Assembly (NCBI GenBank): GCA_016187335.1
Contig: JACPJW010000001.1
Location: 743,143 to 807,142 of the forward strand
Reading direction: 5' to 3'
Length of the DNA stretch: 64,000 nt
Origin: Candidatus Aenigmatarchaeota archaeon
Lineage (GTDB): Archaea > Aenigmatarchaeota > Aenigmatarchaeia > GW2011-AR5
The notes under the pieces are model-generated. The model saw only the letters and a list, made by a program, of their open reading frames with translations. It did no database searches and was not told the DNA's origin. The first letter of the stretch is position 1; every line of letters starts with the position of its first letter. The position numbers were made by a program, and so were the translations under genes. Below are positions 8,895 through 19,701 of this stretch, in pieces.

Positions 8895-9647
8895 TCACCG
8901 TTTTGATCCTTTTGATACAACTTTTTGGAAAAGTTGTTTTCCGTTCAGGTAAGCTTTCCTTTTGCTTTCAGGAAATTTTTCTATCGCATACCTGAGCGTC
9001 GTCCTAGGTATTTTCTTGTAGTGCTTTCTTAAAAACTGCTCGAGCAAGCGTTCATCCTTCTTTCCCAGCTCGCGAAGCATCCACCCAACTGCTTTCTGGA
9101 TGAGGTCGTGCTTGTCTTTAAGAAGGATTTTTGCGAGCTTTATCGTATCATCATACTGGTTGTTTCTCAGGAAGTAAAATGTTGCAATGATGGCCATTCT
9201 CCTTTCCCATATATTGCCTGATGCCGCAAGCTTGTACAAAACCGATCTGTCTTCGTTCAGCAGGTATCTGCCAAGAATCTTGTCGGCGCTCAGGTCAACA
9301 ATGTCCCAGTTGTTGATGTATTTTGTCGATTTAAGGTAAAAATCAAGGATCTCCTTTTTGCGTTTAACGTCGCCTTCTTTTTCAGCTTTCTCATAATTAT
9401 GGACCAGAAGCAGAACGGCGCACAAGCGCTCTTCATGTATTTTTGATTTCAGCAATGCTTCCGCTTCCTTTAGCGGCAGCGTTTTATGTTTTATTGCAAC
9501 TTTCCTCGTTTCCGGCACTGGCACGCCTAAAAATACATCGCCTTCCCCGTATTGCCCGGGGCCTGTCTTGAAAAATCTCGCGGATATCCTGGATTTTTCT
9601 GCGCTTCCGAGATTCGCGAGTTCCGCTCTAACAGCTGTTAATGACAT
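8895..9647 (-). CDS. alkD: DNA alkylation repair glycosylase, AlkD family
   Basis: FFKTGPGQYGEGD, NNWDIVD, KAVGWMLRE, RYAIEK. Confidence 0.9.
   Translation of the reverse strand: MSLTAVRAELANLGSAEKSRISARFFKTGPGQYGEGDVFLGVPVPETRKVAIKHKTLPLKEAEALLKSKIHEERLCAVLLLVHNYEKAEKEGDVKRKKEILDFYLKSTKYINNWDIVDLSADKILGRYLLNEDRSVLYKLAASGNIWERRMAIIATFYFLRNNQYDDTIKLAKILLKDKHDLIQKAVGWMLRELGKKDERLLEQFLRKHYKKIPRTTLRYAIEKFPESKRKAYLNGKQLFQKVVSKGSKR
8910..8936 (-). repeat. Dispersed palindromic repeat (AACTTTT..AAAAGTT-ATCAAAA) within alkD 3' end
   Basis: TTTTGATACAACTTTTTGGAAAAGTTG. Confidence 0.7.
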
Positions 9648-9656
9648 AGAACTGAA

Positions 9657-10199
9657 TTATTTCAGAAACCCTTTAGAAGCCGGGTGCTGCAGGAATTTCT
9701 CCATGCTGAGGTAAAACCATTTCGTGTACTTCTTGTGTGTGGCGTCTTTTTTCATGTCTTCTATAACTTCAGCCAGCGGCACGAACTTCGCTTCGCTCAT
9801 TTCTTCCCTGTTCGGAAAAAATCCATTGTTCCATTCCCCGGCCAAAGTCCGGCAAAACTCGTTTTCTGAGCTGTCGCCGTAATGCTCCGTGTATATGAAA
9901 GCTCCGCAATCAGTCAGGCTGCGGGAAAAATCAATGCCCAGCTCGTGCTTCATGCTTCTTTTTGCCGCGCTGTCATAGTCCTCGCCGGCAAGAACATGGC
10001 TCGTGGCGGAAACGTCCCACCTGTCGCCGCCCAGCTTCTTGCCGACACGGTGCTGCAGCAGCAATTCTCCCTTGTTGTTGATAAGAATCACGACAAATGC
10101 GCGGTGGCGCTTTCCTGCTCCCGAATGGCATTCGCTGCGCGGCGCCGTGCCTAGTTCATTGTCGTTGTCGTCAACAAGGATGAGCATCTGTTCGTTCAT
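9657..10199 (-). CDS. idi: Isopentenyl-diphosphate isomerase type 1 / Nudix
   Basis: LVDDND, CH..HRAF, ENEFC, YTKWF. Confidence 0.75.
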   Translation of the reverse strand: MNEQMLILVDDNDNELGTAPRSECHSGAGKRHRAFVVILINNKGELLLQHRVGKKLGGDRWDVSATSHVLAGEDYDSAAKRSMKHELGIDFSRSLTDCGAFIYTEHYGDSSENEFCRTLAGEWNNGFFPNREEMSEAKFVPLAEVIEDMKKDATHKKYTKWFYLSMEKFLQHPASKGFLK

Positions 10200-10265
10200 G
10201 AAAATCCACCGAGACGGGAAGGAAATAGCGATTCAGCATAACTTTACCTTCCGGCTTGCTTTTCC

Positions 10266-11159
10266 TCATTCTTCATAACGCTTTAATCTGTTTGTCATTT
10301 CTTTTTTGCTTCCTGATGCCTTCTTGCCGATAAAAACAAGCCTCGTTCTTTCTTCCTTGCTGAATTTTTCAAGGCTCCACCTGCCGGCGACGAAGTTGAA
10401 CAAATAAGTGCCGTCAAAAAATTTAACAAAGCCCTTTGCCCTGTAAATGCCCTCAGGTATGCTGCCAGAGAAATTTTCAAAATCGTCGCGGCGCATGACA
10501 GCTTCGCTTTCGTAAACGAAATACTCCATGTTGTCCAGATGCTCGCGGTGATCTTTTTTTCCCAAGGCCCTTTCAAAGCTGACGCCAAAAAGAAGCCGCG
10601 TGTTTATGTTTCCTTTAACCGCATGGAAAATTATTGCCTTCTGGTTGATGTCTTTCACGGTTTCTTCTACGCTTTCAAGGTCATCGTCGGAGACAAGGTC
10701 TTTCTTGTTCAGGATGATTATGTCGGCCATCTCTATCTGGGCAACGCCGGTATGCCCGATGTTCGGGTAGCGTATTATTGCGTCGCAGTCAACGACGGTT
10801 ATTATTGAATCAAGCCTCACCACAGGTATGTTTTCTTCTATGTCAAAAGCCAGGGCATCCGGCTCCGCTACGCCCGTTGTTTCCACAACAATCAGGTCCG
10901 GGTTCACTTTTTCAATGATTTCCTTCACCGCGGCTTCAAACTCGCCTACAAGCGAGCAGCAGACGCAGCCGCCAGCAAGCTCCACCATGTTTATGTTCTC
11001 GCCCTTTATCACTTTGCTATCAATTGCTATTTCCCCGAACTCGTTCATTAGTATTGCTATCTTATTGTCCGCCTGATCTATGATTTTCTGCAGCAGCGTC
11101 GTCTTGCCCGCGCCGAGGTAGCCGGTGATGATGGATATGGGGGTTTTCATGGTAATCAC
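10266..11159 (-). CDS. COG0523/CobW-family metallochaperone GTPase
   Basis: GYLGAGKTT, NEFGE, GCVCC, ETTG, NKKD. Confidence 0.92.
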   Translation of the reverse strand: MITMKTPISIITGYLGAGKTTLLQKIIDQADNKIAILMNEFGEIAIDSKVIKGENINMVELAGGCVCCSLVGEFEAAVKEIIEKVNPDLIVVETTGVAEPDALAFDIEENIPVVRLDSIITVVDCDAIIRYPNIGHTGVAQIEMADIIILNKKDLVSDDDLESVEETVKDINQKAIIFHAVKGNINTRLLFGVSFERALGKKDHREHLDNMEYFVYESEAVMRRDDFENFSGSIPEGIYRAKGFVKFFDGTYLFNFVAGRWSLEKFSKEERTRLVFIGKKASGSKKEMTNRLKRYEE

Positions 11160-11168
11160 AAAAGCAGA

Positions 11169-11675
11169 TTATTTCATTTTTTCAATCGCATTCAAAACTT
11201 CCCTGTACATGTCCGCAGACAAGTAAAACCCGAAGCCGACCATCCTGTCAAGATAGTTTACCGTTTCCTTTTTTGAAATTATTTTTTTCTCAAGAAGTCT
11301 CAGAAGCATGTAAATCGAGCCGTGGCTCTCTATTCCCTGCGCTTCGGCTATACTGCTTGCATGAAGCTCGTCTATGATTGCTGTTGATTCCGTTTCCTTT
11401 GACAGGGCAAGAACTTCCCTGTCAGCCTTGCTCAGGAACGGTATATCCCTTGCAGCGGTCTTGGGTTTTCTGACAGCAAAAAGCTTCTTTTTTATCAGTT
11501 CATCAATATACTTTGCTTCAGGCTCTTTTCTTTCAAAACCCTTTACTACAACCTCTTTATAGACGCTGTCAGGAATGAATTTTCTCCCTTCCAGCTTTGC
11601 TACCTTGTCCAGTATCCGCAATTTCCCCAGATAAATCAGGCTGGAGGAATCAAATACGTAGCTCATTTCGAACAC
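11169..11675 (-). CDS. PIN-domain protein (DUF3368-like toxin)
   Basis: VFDSSSLI, IPDSVYKE, IIDE. Confidence 0.85.
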   Translation of the reverse strand: MFEMSYVFDSSSLIYLGKLRILDKVAKLEGRKFIPDSVYKEVVVKGFERKEPEAKYIDELIKKKLFAVRKPKTAARDIPFLSKADREVLALSKETESTAIIDELHASSIAEAQGIESHGSIYMLLRLLEKKIISKKETVNYLDRMVGFGFYLSADMYREVLNAIEKMK

Positions 11676-11708
11676 TTTAGTGTTTGAAAGAAATGCTTAC
11701 AGAGCATT

Positions 11709-12008
11709 TCATTTAAAGTCCTCTAGGTCCTTTTCTACTATCCTGTCTTTTATCCAAGGGGTTTTAGAGTCCTTTATCTTTGCAACAAACGACCATACAT
11801 CCATGCCGGCAATCTCCGCGGCCTTGGAAACGGTGGCCCTGCCTTCTGCCAGCAGTTTCAGGGCGTACTCCTCCCTCCATTCCTGCAGGGACTTGATAAG
11901 AAGCTTTCTGACAGCCGTGGATTTCTCCAGGTGCTCCGTTTTCATGTAGTCTTCCAGCTCTTTCTCCAGCTCTTCGGGAATCCTCGCCGATATGGGAACT
12001 TCTGTCAT
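11709..12008 (-). CDS. UPF0175-like antitoxin
   Basis: RHH N-terminus plus TVSKAAEIAGM; upstream of PIN gene. Confidence 0.85.
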   Translation of the reverse strand: MTEVPISARIPEELEKELEDYMKTEHLEKSTAVRKLLIKSLQEWREEYALKLLAEGRATVSKAAEIAGMDVWSFVAKIKDSKTPWIKDRIVEKDLEDFK

Positions 12009-12040
12009 GTGTATACTATGTATACAAATACTTATAAAGT

Positions 12041-12421
12041 TTACGATGACCTGAATTTCTTTGCTGTTTCTTCCGTTGCCGCAGCCATGATGAAATCGTT
12101 CTGGCTCAAGCCTGCTATAGAATGCGTCGTCCACGTAACCGTCACACGGCCGTAGCTCAGCGCGATGTCAGGGTGATGGTCCTGCTTCTCCGCTTCCTTC
12201 CACAAAGCATGAACAAAGTCCGCGCCTTTCATTGATGAATTGAAGCGGAAAGATTTTTCCAGTGCAAGTTCTGTCCTGCCTTTTACATTGACCTGGGAAA
12301 TTTTCCATCCACGCAGTTGCTTTGAATGCTCTCTTAATTTCTTTTCCGCTTCTTTTCTGCTCATCGGCTGCACGCCGCCCTCGCACGGGACGCATCTCTG
12401 CCTAGAAAGATTTGATTCCAT
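12041..12421 (-). CDS. Pterin-4a-carbinolamine dehydratase
   Basis: HHPDI, WTTHSIAGLSQNDFIMAA. Confidence 0.9.
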   Translation of the reverse strand: MESNLSRQRCVPCEGGVQPMSRKEAEKKLREHSKQLRGWKISQVNVKGRTELALEKSFRFNSSMKGADFVHALWKEAEKQDHHPDIALSYGRVTVTWTTHSIAGLSQNDFIMAAATEETAKKFRSS

Positions 12422-12470
12422 AAGAAGAAATAGCGGGAAAGAATTTTTAAAGGGAAGGTTTTCGTTCTGA

Positions 12471-13148
12471 TTAAAAATTCTTTTCCTTCTCAATCATGCC
12501 GTCCCTCAGGAAAATGCCGCGGTCGGCCATTTTTCCCAGATCCTGTTCGTGCGTTATCAGCACCACGGTCTGCTTTGATTCTTCATTTAGCTTCCTGAAA
12601 ATGCTTATGACGTTTGCAGCTGACTTTGAGTCCAATGAAGCCGTGGGCTCGTCAGCCAGCAGCAATTCCGGGCTGTTTATCAAAGCGCGGGCGATGCCTA
12701 CGCGCTGCTGCTCGCCGCCTGAAAGCTGGTGCGGATAATTGTTCAGCCTTTCGCCAAGGCCGAGGCTCATCAGGATTTCCTTCGCGCTGCTCCTGTAATC
12801 GTCATGGTTTTTTTCGCTCATCATCTTTGGCAGCAATACGTTTTCCAGTGCAGTCAGCTCGGGAAGCAGCGAGTAAAACTGGAAGACGAACCCTATTTCC
12901 TTCAGCCTGAAAGAAGTCCGCTCCTCGTCGCTGAGCTTCGCCACTTCCGTGTCTTTTATCAGCACAGTTCCCTTTGTCTGCGTGTCAAGGACGCCGATAA
13001 GGTGGAGCATCGTGCTTTTTCCCGAGCCCGACGGGCCCATTATGGATACAAAATCGCCCTTTGCGATTTTCAGGTCTATTCCCTTCAGCGCATGTATGGA
13101 CGAGCCGCCCATCGGATATATTTTGTGAACGTTTCTGAGTTTTATCAT
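12471..13148 (-). CDS. ABC transporter ATP-binding protein (LolD/MacB type)
   Basis: [22 protein letters not shown]. Confidence 0.95.
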   Translation of the reverse strand: MIKLRNVHKIYPMGGSSIHALKGIDLKIAKGDFVSIMGPSGSGKSTMLHLIGVLDTQTKGTVLIKDTEVAKLSDEERTSFRLKEIGFVFQFYSLLPELTALENVLLPKMMSEKNHDDYRSSAKEILMSLGLGERLNNYPHQLSGGEQQRVGIARALINSPELLLADEPTASLDSKSAANVISIFRKLNEESKQTVVLITHEQDLGKMADRGIFLRDGMIEKEKNF

Positions 13149-13175
13149 TGCTTGTCAACCTGTTTACTTACCGGC

Positions 13176-14423
13176 CTATTCCACGACCCTTATGTTCTCC
13201 AGGATATCCTGCCTTGATGCCATCCTTGCGGGGATGTAGCCCGCGACCACTGACGACACGATGAGCACCAGCAGCGACGACACAGCGGTTTCCGGCAGCA
13301 GCAGCGGCCTCAGGTTTCCTATCGCAAGATGAAGCGGGTTCGCGTTAAGATAAAATATGAATGAGTAGACAATAACAAGCCCGATAACAGCGCCTGCTAT
13401 GCCGAATATGAGCGACTCAAAAAGGAATACCTGCATTATCTGGTTCTTCTGCATGCCTATTGCCTTGAGCACGCCGATTATGCGCTTTTTCCGCGATGTA
13501 TTGATGAAAACAACGATGCCGATGGTTGACATCACGATTATGACCCCGACAATGGTTGTGACTAGGATTACCACGCCGAAAGTCTGGTTGATGCCCTCCG
13601 TGAACGCTGAGGCTTCTTCCCATGTCCTTATGTCCGCGTCAGCTATGCCCAATTCCAGTATAAGGTTCTTGTAGTAATCCGCCCTGTTCCTGTCGTCCAG
13701 CCTGACGCGGATTGATGATGCCTTGCCTTCAAGCCCCAGGATTTTTTGCACCTCTTTCTTGTTCATGTAAATCGTCTGGGATACAAAGCCGAAACCCTCG
13801 CTGCTCACGATTCCCTTGACCTTGTATTCCTTTTCAACCCCGTTCGGGAACCTTATCTTCACTTTCTGCCCTATCTCAACGCCCCCTAGGCCCTCGACAA
13901 CGCGGCCGAATGACGTTTCTTTCCCTATGGTGTCCTCGATTTTCTTGCCCGCTATTATGTTCCCGATAACGATGTCGTCTGTGTCGCTGTCTTCAAGATA
14001 TTCTCCCTTTACGACTTTCTGGTGTATTGTGGTTACTTCCATATCGTCCGAGGGCGTTATTGCCTCTATTCTTGAGCCCATTTCCCTGCCCTGGAATGAA
14101 ACGGTGCCGGCAAGGCTGACGGTGCCGGAAGACTTGACGACGCCCGGTATGAGGTCTATCTTCTTTCTCGTGCTCGACTCAAAATTAAGATAAGTCTTGC
14201 CGGATTCCACTGACGGTTGTATTATGATGTGGGAAGTCCCCGTGTTTATGATTTCGCTCTGGAAGGTGTCGCTGAGCCCGTTAAGGAACGCCGGAAAGAA
14301 CGTCAGGTTGATGTAAGAAAACGCAAGCAGCGATATTACGAGCAGCACTATCCTCCTGTCCCTTGCGATATCCTTCAGCGCCAGAAAAAATATCGTTCTC
14401 AAAGCCATCACCGTTGCAAGCAA
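13176..14423 (-). CDS. ABC permease, FtsX/MacB family
   Basis: IGVLKAIGM, FLFES, YIPARMAS. Confidence 0.92.
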   Translation of the reverse strand: MLATVMALRTIFFLALKDIARDRRIVLLVISLLAFSYINLTFFPAFLNGLSDTFQSEIINTGTSHIIIQPSVESGKTYLNFESSTRKKIDLIPGVVKSSGTVSLAGTVSFQGREMGSRIEAITPSDDMEVTTIHQKVVKGEYLEDSDTDDIVIGNIIAGKKIEDTIGKETSFGRVVEGLGGVEIGQKVKIRFPNGVEKEYKVKGIVSSEGFGFVSQTIYMNKKEVQKILGLEGKASSIRVRLDDRNRADYYKNLILELGIADADIRTWEEASAFTEGINQTFGVVILVTTIVGVIIVMSTIGIVVFINTSRKKRIIGVLKAIGMQKNQIMQVFLFESLIFGIAGAVIGLVIVYSFIFYLNANPLHLAIGNLRPLLLPETAVSSLLVLIVSSVVAGYIPARMASRQDILENIRVVE

Positions 14424-14471
14424 ATCAAAAGTTCAGTGTTCCGAAATCACGAACCTTGTGCAGCGAAGCAA

Positions 14472-15629
14472 TTAACTGACCGACCCTTTGCCTTTCTGGA
14501 ATGGCGCCAGAATTCTTTTCCTGAAAAAGACAAGCCCTCCGATGATCAGGAGGGCGAGAATTATGCCCAGCGGAGAACTTCCTGCACCAACATTCACGCC
14601 AAACTTGTCGCTCAGCTGGTGAGTCCCCGTGTCGTCCTTGTAGAAGACGTTGATGTCGCACGTGAACGTGCCGCTGCTGGGAGATGTCATCTCAAAAAGA
14701 ACAGGGGCGTCCTCGTCTTTTTTCAGCTGGCCCAGGAACGATTTTTTCTCTGCGAAAGGACATTTCATCTCGGCAGAAATAAAATCGGCGTCCCCCGGCC
14801 CGACGTTTTTCAGCCTCGCGATAACGGTGAAAGGCTGGCCGGCTGACACGGCAGCCGCCCCCGTGCTTGAGGCGACTTTTACTGTTTGTATGTTTATGTT
14901 TCCCTTGCTCACCACCTTGACGCCTAAGTTTTGGGTGCTGTTCAGGGTGTTTCCCTGCTCGTCAAGGTAAGAAATTTTCACAGGAATTGAATAAGATGTC
15001 GCTTCCAGCGACGAAGCCACGACGAAATCAAACGCAGCCTGCTTTGTTTCGTTGGGATTCAAAGTGTCCAGCGTCTTGATTGAGCCTCCTATGACAACGA
15101 AAGAGGGCGAATCAGGCTGTATCTTTATCTGCCCCGCGCGGCCGCTGCCTACGTTCGTGATGTCCAGGACAACGGAAAACTGGGAGTCGGGGGTTATGTT
15201 GCTCAGCCCTTCAGTGCTTGTTGAAAAGATGATGCTCGGCTTTCCCTGGACTTTCACGTCAATCCTTTCCCTTATTTGCGCGTTGTCCGCGAATGCCTTC
15301 ACAAAAACCGGGTACGTGCCTGAGACTGCTCCGGAATCCAAGGAAAGAAAATAAGTGTTTTTCTTGCTGCAGCTGCCGCACAGGTTGACCCTGCTCAGGT
15401 CGCTGGTTGACGACTTCAGGATAAACGGGTATCCCGATTCCAGCACAACAGAGAAATCTCCCGTGTCCGATGACAACCTGTTGTAAAGCGTTATATCGAT
15501 GGTCAAATCCCTGCCAGGCTCCACCGGCTGCGGGTTTACCTTCTCGACAAGGATTGTCGGCAGGGTTGCTGCGAAGGCTGCGCCGGCAAAAATCAAAAGC
15601 ATAGAGACAAGTATGATTGTTTTTCTCAT
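14472..15629 (-). CDS. COG1361 S-layer-domain protein
   Basis: Signal peptide, Ig-like repeats, C-terminal TM; in operon with ABC genes. Confidence 0.8.
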   Translation of the reverse strand: MRKTIILVSMLLIFAGAAFAATLPTILVEKVNPQPVEPGRDLTIDITLYNRLSSDTGDFSVVLESGYPFILKSSTSDLSRVNLCGSCSKKNTYFLSLDSGAVSGTYPVFVKAFADNAQIRERIDVKVQGKPSIIFSTSTEGLSNITPDSQFSVVLDITNVGSGRAGQIKIQPDSPSFVVIGGSIKTLDTLNPNETKQAAFDFVVASSLEATSYSIPVKISYLDEQGNTLNSTQNLGVKVVSKGNINIQTVKVASSTGAAAVSAGQPFTVIARLKNVGPGDADFISAEMKCPFAEKKSFLGQLKKDEDAPVLFEMTSPSSGTFTCDINVFYKDDTGTHQLSDKFGVNVGAGSSPLGIILALLIIGGLVFFRKRILAPFQKGKGSVS

Positions 15630-15631
15630 GA

Positions 15632-15865
15632 TTAATCCCTCTTTTTGAAAAGCTCGCCTATGCCCGTCTTTGAAGCGAGCTTTGTCACTATGTTCGGCTT
15701 TATCAGCACAATGCCCCAGCCGCCCATGCCTTCACCGCTGAGCACAAGCAGCTTCTCGCCTTTCTTTACACCGTAATCCTTCCGCAGCTTCGCGGGCAGC
15801 ACTATCTGCCCTCGCTCGCCGACTGTCGTGCTGCCGTAGTATTCCTTCAGGACTCCTCTGACCAT
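15632..15865 (-). CDS. AbrB-family regulator
   Basis: GSTTVGERGQIVLPAKLRK. Confidence 0.9.
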   Translation of the reverse strand: MVRGVLKEYYGSTTVGERGQIVLPAKLRKDYGVKKGEKLLVLSGEGMGGWGIVLIKPNIVTKLASKTGIGELFKKRD

Positions 15866-15996
15866 AGAAACCAAAGCATTATAGGGAAGCAAAACTTTAA
15901 ATCCGAATCATTCAAATCATACTTTTCATACTTTGATCCAAAATAATCCGACGCATGCAGATCAGAAGATTTTATAAATTTTGCCGAAGGCTCCGT

Positions 15997-16291
15997 CTAA
16001 TGGACGGTTCCTATAAATGAAACAAATATTGTAGCTCGCTCATTAAGATCTCTTCTGTCTGTTGGTCTCATTCCACATCCATACTCTATATCAACAGAAT
16101 AGCCAAAAAGAACTTTATTTGAATTATTAATTCCACAACCAACACAATTAAAACCGCAGCCATCACTAATATCTTTTTGGCTTTCTTGAAATGCTTCAAC
16201 AACTCTCTTTTCTGCATAAATCTTTGTAATCCATGGAGACCAAGCTATCAAAATTAAAACAGATAATGCAATAATTAGGATTATAATATTT
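15997..16291 (-). pseudogene. Secreted Cys-containing protein gene, 3' part, interrupted by transposon (5' end at 19818-19836)
   Basis: Removing the transposon and one TSD gives MKIKNIIILIIALSVLILIAW... Confidence 0.8.
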
Positions 16292-16344
16292 GGTTCTGTA
16301 AACTCTTCGGTTGGTATTAAAGTGCCAAAAAACAATAAAAATAC

Positions 16345-16923
16345 ATGAAATCTCTGAAAATAGACGATTTAAGCCGAACAGAAGCACGAAAACTCATTAT
16401 GAAACTACCGAGAAACAAGGCATTTGTTACAGATGTTCTGAAAGACAGAATAAAAATCTATTTTACAACTGATGGTGAGAAACAGAGCAAGAAAAATGGA
16501 AAAAACCTGAAAGGTCATTTTGACATAAAAATACATTTTGAAGGAGAACCTAAAAGAAAGTTCAGTTACATTAATGATATATTTATCGATTTAATCAAAA
16601 ATGAGCATATCTTGAGTAAAGAAGAAAGTGAAATTTTTCTAAAAGCCCTAAAAGATTCAATAGAGCTAGTTTCCTTAAAAGAAATATACAAAAAATATCC
16701 AGAGCTGAACGAAATTGAAAAAAAGAAATCTGGTCATTCAATTGAATTCTTATTGGCAATTCTGAAAATCCTTGCACTACAGGAAGATGTAAATTATTGG
16801 GGTATAAACCCGAAAACCAAAAAGAAATATGAAGGCAGAGAAAAACCTTATAATGCTTTGTATGATTTGCTTGTAAAGAAAATGCCTTTAACCCACGTCA
16901 CAAGAAAACACATGCTCTATTAA
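16345..16923 (+). CDS. Putative restriction endonuclease
   Basis: AT-rich ORF convergent and overlapping with the MTase; no diagnostic motif recognised. Confidence 0.5.
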   Translation: MKSLKIDDLSRTEARKLIMKLPRNKAFVTDVLKDRIKIYFTTDGEKQSKKNGKNLKGHFDIKIHFEGEPKRKFSYINDIFIDLIKNEHILSKEESEIFLKALKDSIELVSLKEIYKKYPELNEIEKKKSGHSIEFLLAILKILALQEDVNYWGINPKTKKKYEGREKPYNALYDLLVKKMPLTHVTRKHMLY

Positions 16924-17684
16924 ACAAATACTTCTAATGGCTTGATTTTTGACAATCGCTGTTTGCCGATATCTACATATTTTGGATTTATGTCTATGCC
17001 AATTGAATTTCTGTTTAGTTCTTTAGACGCTACGCAAGTTGAAAAGCTACCAGCAAATGGATCCAAAACTGTATCTCCTTCATTACTACTCGCCTTTATG
17101 AAGATTTTTAGCAAAGACACGGGTATTTGGCACGGATGAGGCGTTTTATCTTTGCTCACATTCTTCACAAGGTTAAACTGAAATACATCATAGGGAGTTC
17201 TACCATTACTGCCATTTTTTAGTCTTTCCTGTATGCGTCTATCGTTTGGATTTTTGTAAGGTTCTGCTACATCTTTTCTATTGAATTTGTTATTTTTAGT
17301 TTTGGCAAAAAACAAAATAGAATGTTGTGTTCTTGTAAAATTAGATTTTGAATGACCTGTGTTGGTAGGATAGTGCCATGTCATCCATCTTTTGAAAACC
17401 ATGTGTTTTTGAAGAAAAGGTAATATGTAAGCGTTGTTTTCTGGATAATTAAACAGATATAAACTACCATCTTTTTTCAGTAATCTCATACATTCAGTAA
17501 GCCACAATTTACACCATTCAATATACTCATCAAATTTTTTCTTGTCCTTATAAACACCGCCATAGTCTTTGCCAATATTGAAAGGCGGATCTGTTATAAT
17601 CAAATCTATGGATTCAGAAGACATTTTCTTCATTATTTCTAAAGAATCTCCAACAATGCACTTATGTTCTGTTTTCATAACCAC
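16920..17684 (-). CDS. N4/N6 DNA methyltransferase, beta class
   Basis: DLIITDPPFN precedes VLDPFAGS. Confidence 0.93.
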   Translation of the reverse strand: MVMKTEHKCIVGDSLEIMKKMSSESIDLIITDPPFNIGKDYGGVYKDKKKFDEYIEWCKLWLTECMRLLKKDGSLYLFNYPENNAYILPFLQKHMVFKRWMTWHYPTNTGHSKSNFTRTQHSILFFAKTKNNKFNRKDVAEPYKNPNDRRIQERLKNGSNGRTPYDVFQFNLVKNVSKDKTPHPCQIPVSLLKIFIKASSNEGDTVLDPFAGSFSTCVASKELNRNSIGIDINPKYVDIGKQRLSKIKPLEVFV

Positions 17685-17905
17685 ACCTTACTTCTTTACA
17701 TAATTGGCAATAAAATCTTCAAGAACTTCGGTAGCAGTTTTCTTTTTTTCCATACACTTTATTCGGAACTTATGCCACAAATCCCCATTAACATTCAGGC
17801 TTATTTTCTTTGCCCTGTCCATGTAATCACCTATACTCCTATATGTATAGATACTTTTAAATAGTTTATCCTATATAGATATATAGGAATAAAGGAGATG
17901 TTGAC

Positions 17906-18808
17906 ATGAAAACTAAAACAAAACGTGGCTATAAAGACCTTTCATATTTCAAGCCAAAAGAATGTCCGTTTTGCCAAGCCAAAGAAGTAATAAAATGGGG
18001 TTTCAGATACAACCACATAACGAAGAAAAGGCGTTACAAATGCAACAAATGTAAGAAGCTCTTTGTAGTTGATGACGGCTTCTGGAAAAGGAAAAAGCAG
18101 AGAGAGTTCATAGCGCAGTGCATAGACCTTTATGTTAATGGCATGTCGCTACGCAAGGTCAAAACACACATAGAGCAGTTTTCAGAAACTACGATAAGTC
18201 ATACAACTATAGCAAGATGGCTTAGGAATTATGCAATTCTTGTAAAGGATTTCACGGATAAACTGCCGATAGAAACAAGCGGTATCTATCATGCAGATGA
18301 GATTTTTGTTAAATGCAACGGGGAAGAAAACTATTATTGGGATGTGATAGACGCACATACACGCTTTCTTGTGGCTACACACTATTCAGATAATAGAAAC
18401 TCTCAAAATGCCAAAATTCTATTCTTGAAAGCAAAGGGCAGAGCCAATCTGCCTAACATAATCTATACGGATGGTTGGAGAGCATATCAAAAGGCGTTCA
18501 GAAAAGTATTCTGGAATCGCTACAAAGAAAACAAAGTGGATTTCATACGCATAATCGAAAAAGAGGACACAAGAAACAACATAGTGGAAAGGATACAGGG
18601 AACTATCAGAGAAAGGATTAAGGTCATGCGTGGATTCAAAAATCCAGAATCCGCTAAGGCACTTCTTGACTTGCTGATAGTTTACTACAATTTTATCCGA
18701 ATACATCAAGGCATACGAATGACGCCTGCGGAGATGTGTGGAGTAAATCTTAATCTTGGACAGAATAAGTGGTTGGGATTGATTTATAGAAGTAAAAACA
18801 AGTTCTAA
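17906..18808 (+). CDS. IS6-family DDE transposase with N-terminal Zn ribbon
   Basis: CPFC..CNKC, GMSLRKV HTH, ADEIF, TDG, NNIVER. Confidence 0.88.
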   Translation: MKTKTKRGYKDLSYFKPKECPFCQAKEVIKWGFRYNHITKKRRYKCNKCKKLFVVDDGFWKRKKQREFIAQCIDLYVNGMSLRKVKTHIEQFSETTISHTTIARWLRNYAILVKDFTDKLPIETSGIYHADEIFVKCNGEENYYWDVIDAHTRFLVATHYSDNRNSQNAKILFLKAKGRANLPNIIYTDGWRAYQKAFRKVFWNRYKENKVDFIRIIEKEDTRNNIVERIQGTIRERIKVMRGFKNPESAKALLDLLIVYYNFIRIHQGIRMTPAEMCGVNLNLGQNKWLGLIYRSKNKF

Positions 18809-19701
18809 GCTTTTGGTGGCAAATTATTTAAGATTCCTGAATCTACAGGTGTTGCTATTCCTACTCCACTCTGTATGTTTTGATTCATAGCATTAATTAT
18901 ATTATTTTGAGTTTGGAGCACTAATTGAAATTCATAAGATATGTTACTTGGAATATTTGCTGTTTGTATACCTGCAAGATTTTCTCGTCCATTAATAATT
19001 CCTATGACTTTTCCACTATTCACTAAAAATACAGGACTTCCACTATTCCCACTATTTACAAAGGAATTTACTGTTATAGTCGGTTTGTTGTTTCTAAGAC
19101 CTTTGAACGATATTATTCCTTCATGTGTTACTTGTGCTGATGAAAAAAATGGATAACCTATAAATGCTACATTTGAACCTACATCATAAGAATCACTTGT
19201 GCCTAATTCTACAGGTGTAAGATTATAATTAACTTTTATTATTGCCATATCCAAGTCTTCATTTCCAAAAAATATATTTGAAGTAATAATTTGAGCAGAT
19301 AATTTTGTTGAATTGCTTAAAACAACAAGAATTGTAGGAGAATTTTCTATTACATGTTTTGCTGTTAATATGTAACCATCAGAACGGATTACAAATCCTG
19401 CTCCACCACTTCCCCATACATTACCATTATTATCAACATATAATTCTGTTGTCTGAATAAAATTAGCTTTATTAGAAGGAGTAATAGGAACTAAAATTTC
19501 AACTACAGAATCACGAAGAGTGTATATAGTCTGCGTTAATCCCTTATTATCGTAAAGTTGGTCAATTTTATAATTTATGTTAGAAAGTTGTTGAGTCAGA
19601 TTTACATTAGAAGTACTAATTTGTTGGCTTAATCCAAAACCCACAACACCAACAACAACAATCGTAATTATGGTAGAGATGACGAGCATCTTCTTGTCCA
19701 T
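18805..19701 (-). CDS. Membrane-anchored trypsin-like serine protease
   Basis: TAKHV, DMAIIK, GNSGSP. Confidence 0.9.
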   Translation of the reverse strand: MDKKMLVISTIITIVVVGVVGFGLSQQISTSNVNLTQQLSNINYKIDQLYDNKGLTQTIYTLRDSVVEILVPITPSNKANFIQTTELYVDNNGNVWGSGGAGFVIRSDGYILTAKHVIENSPTILVVLSNSTKLSAQIITSNIFFGNEDLDMAIIKVNYNLTPVELGTSDSYDVGSNVAFIGYPFFSSAQVTHEGIISFKGLRNNKPTITVNSFVNSGNSGSPVFLVNSGKVIGIINGRENLAGIQTANIPSNISYEFQLVLQTQNNIINAMNQNIQSGVGIATPVDSGILNNLPPKA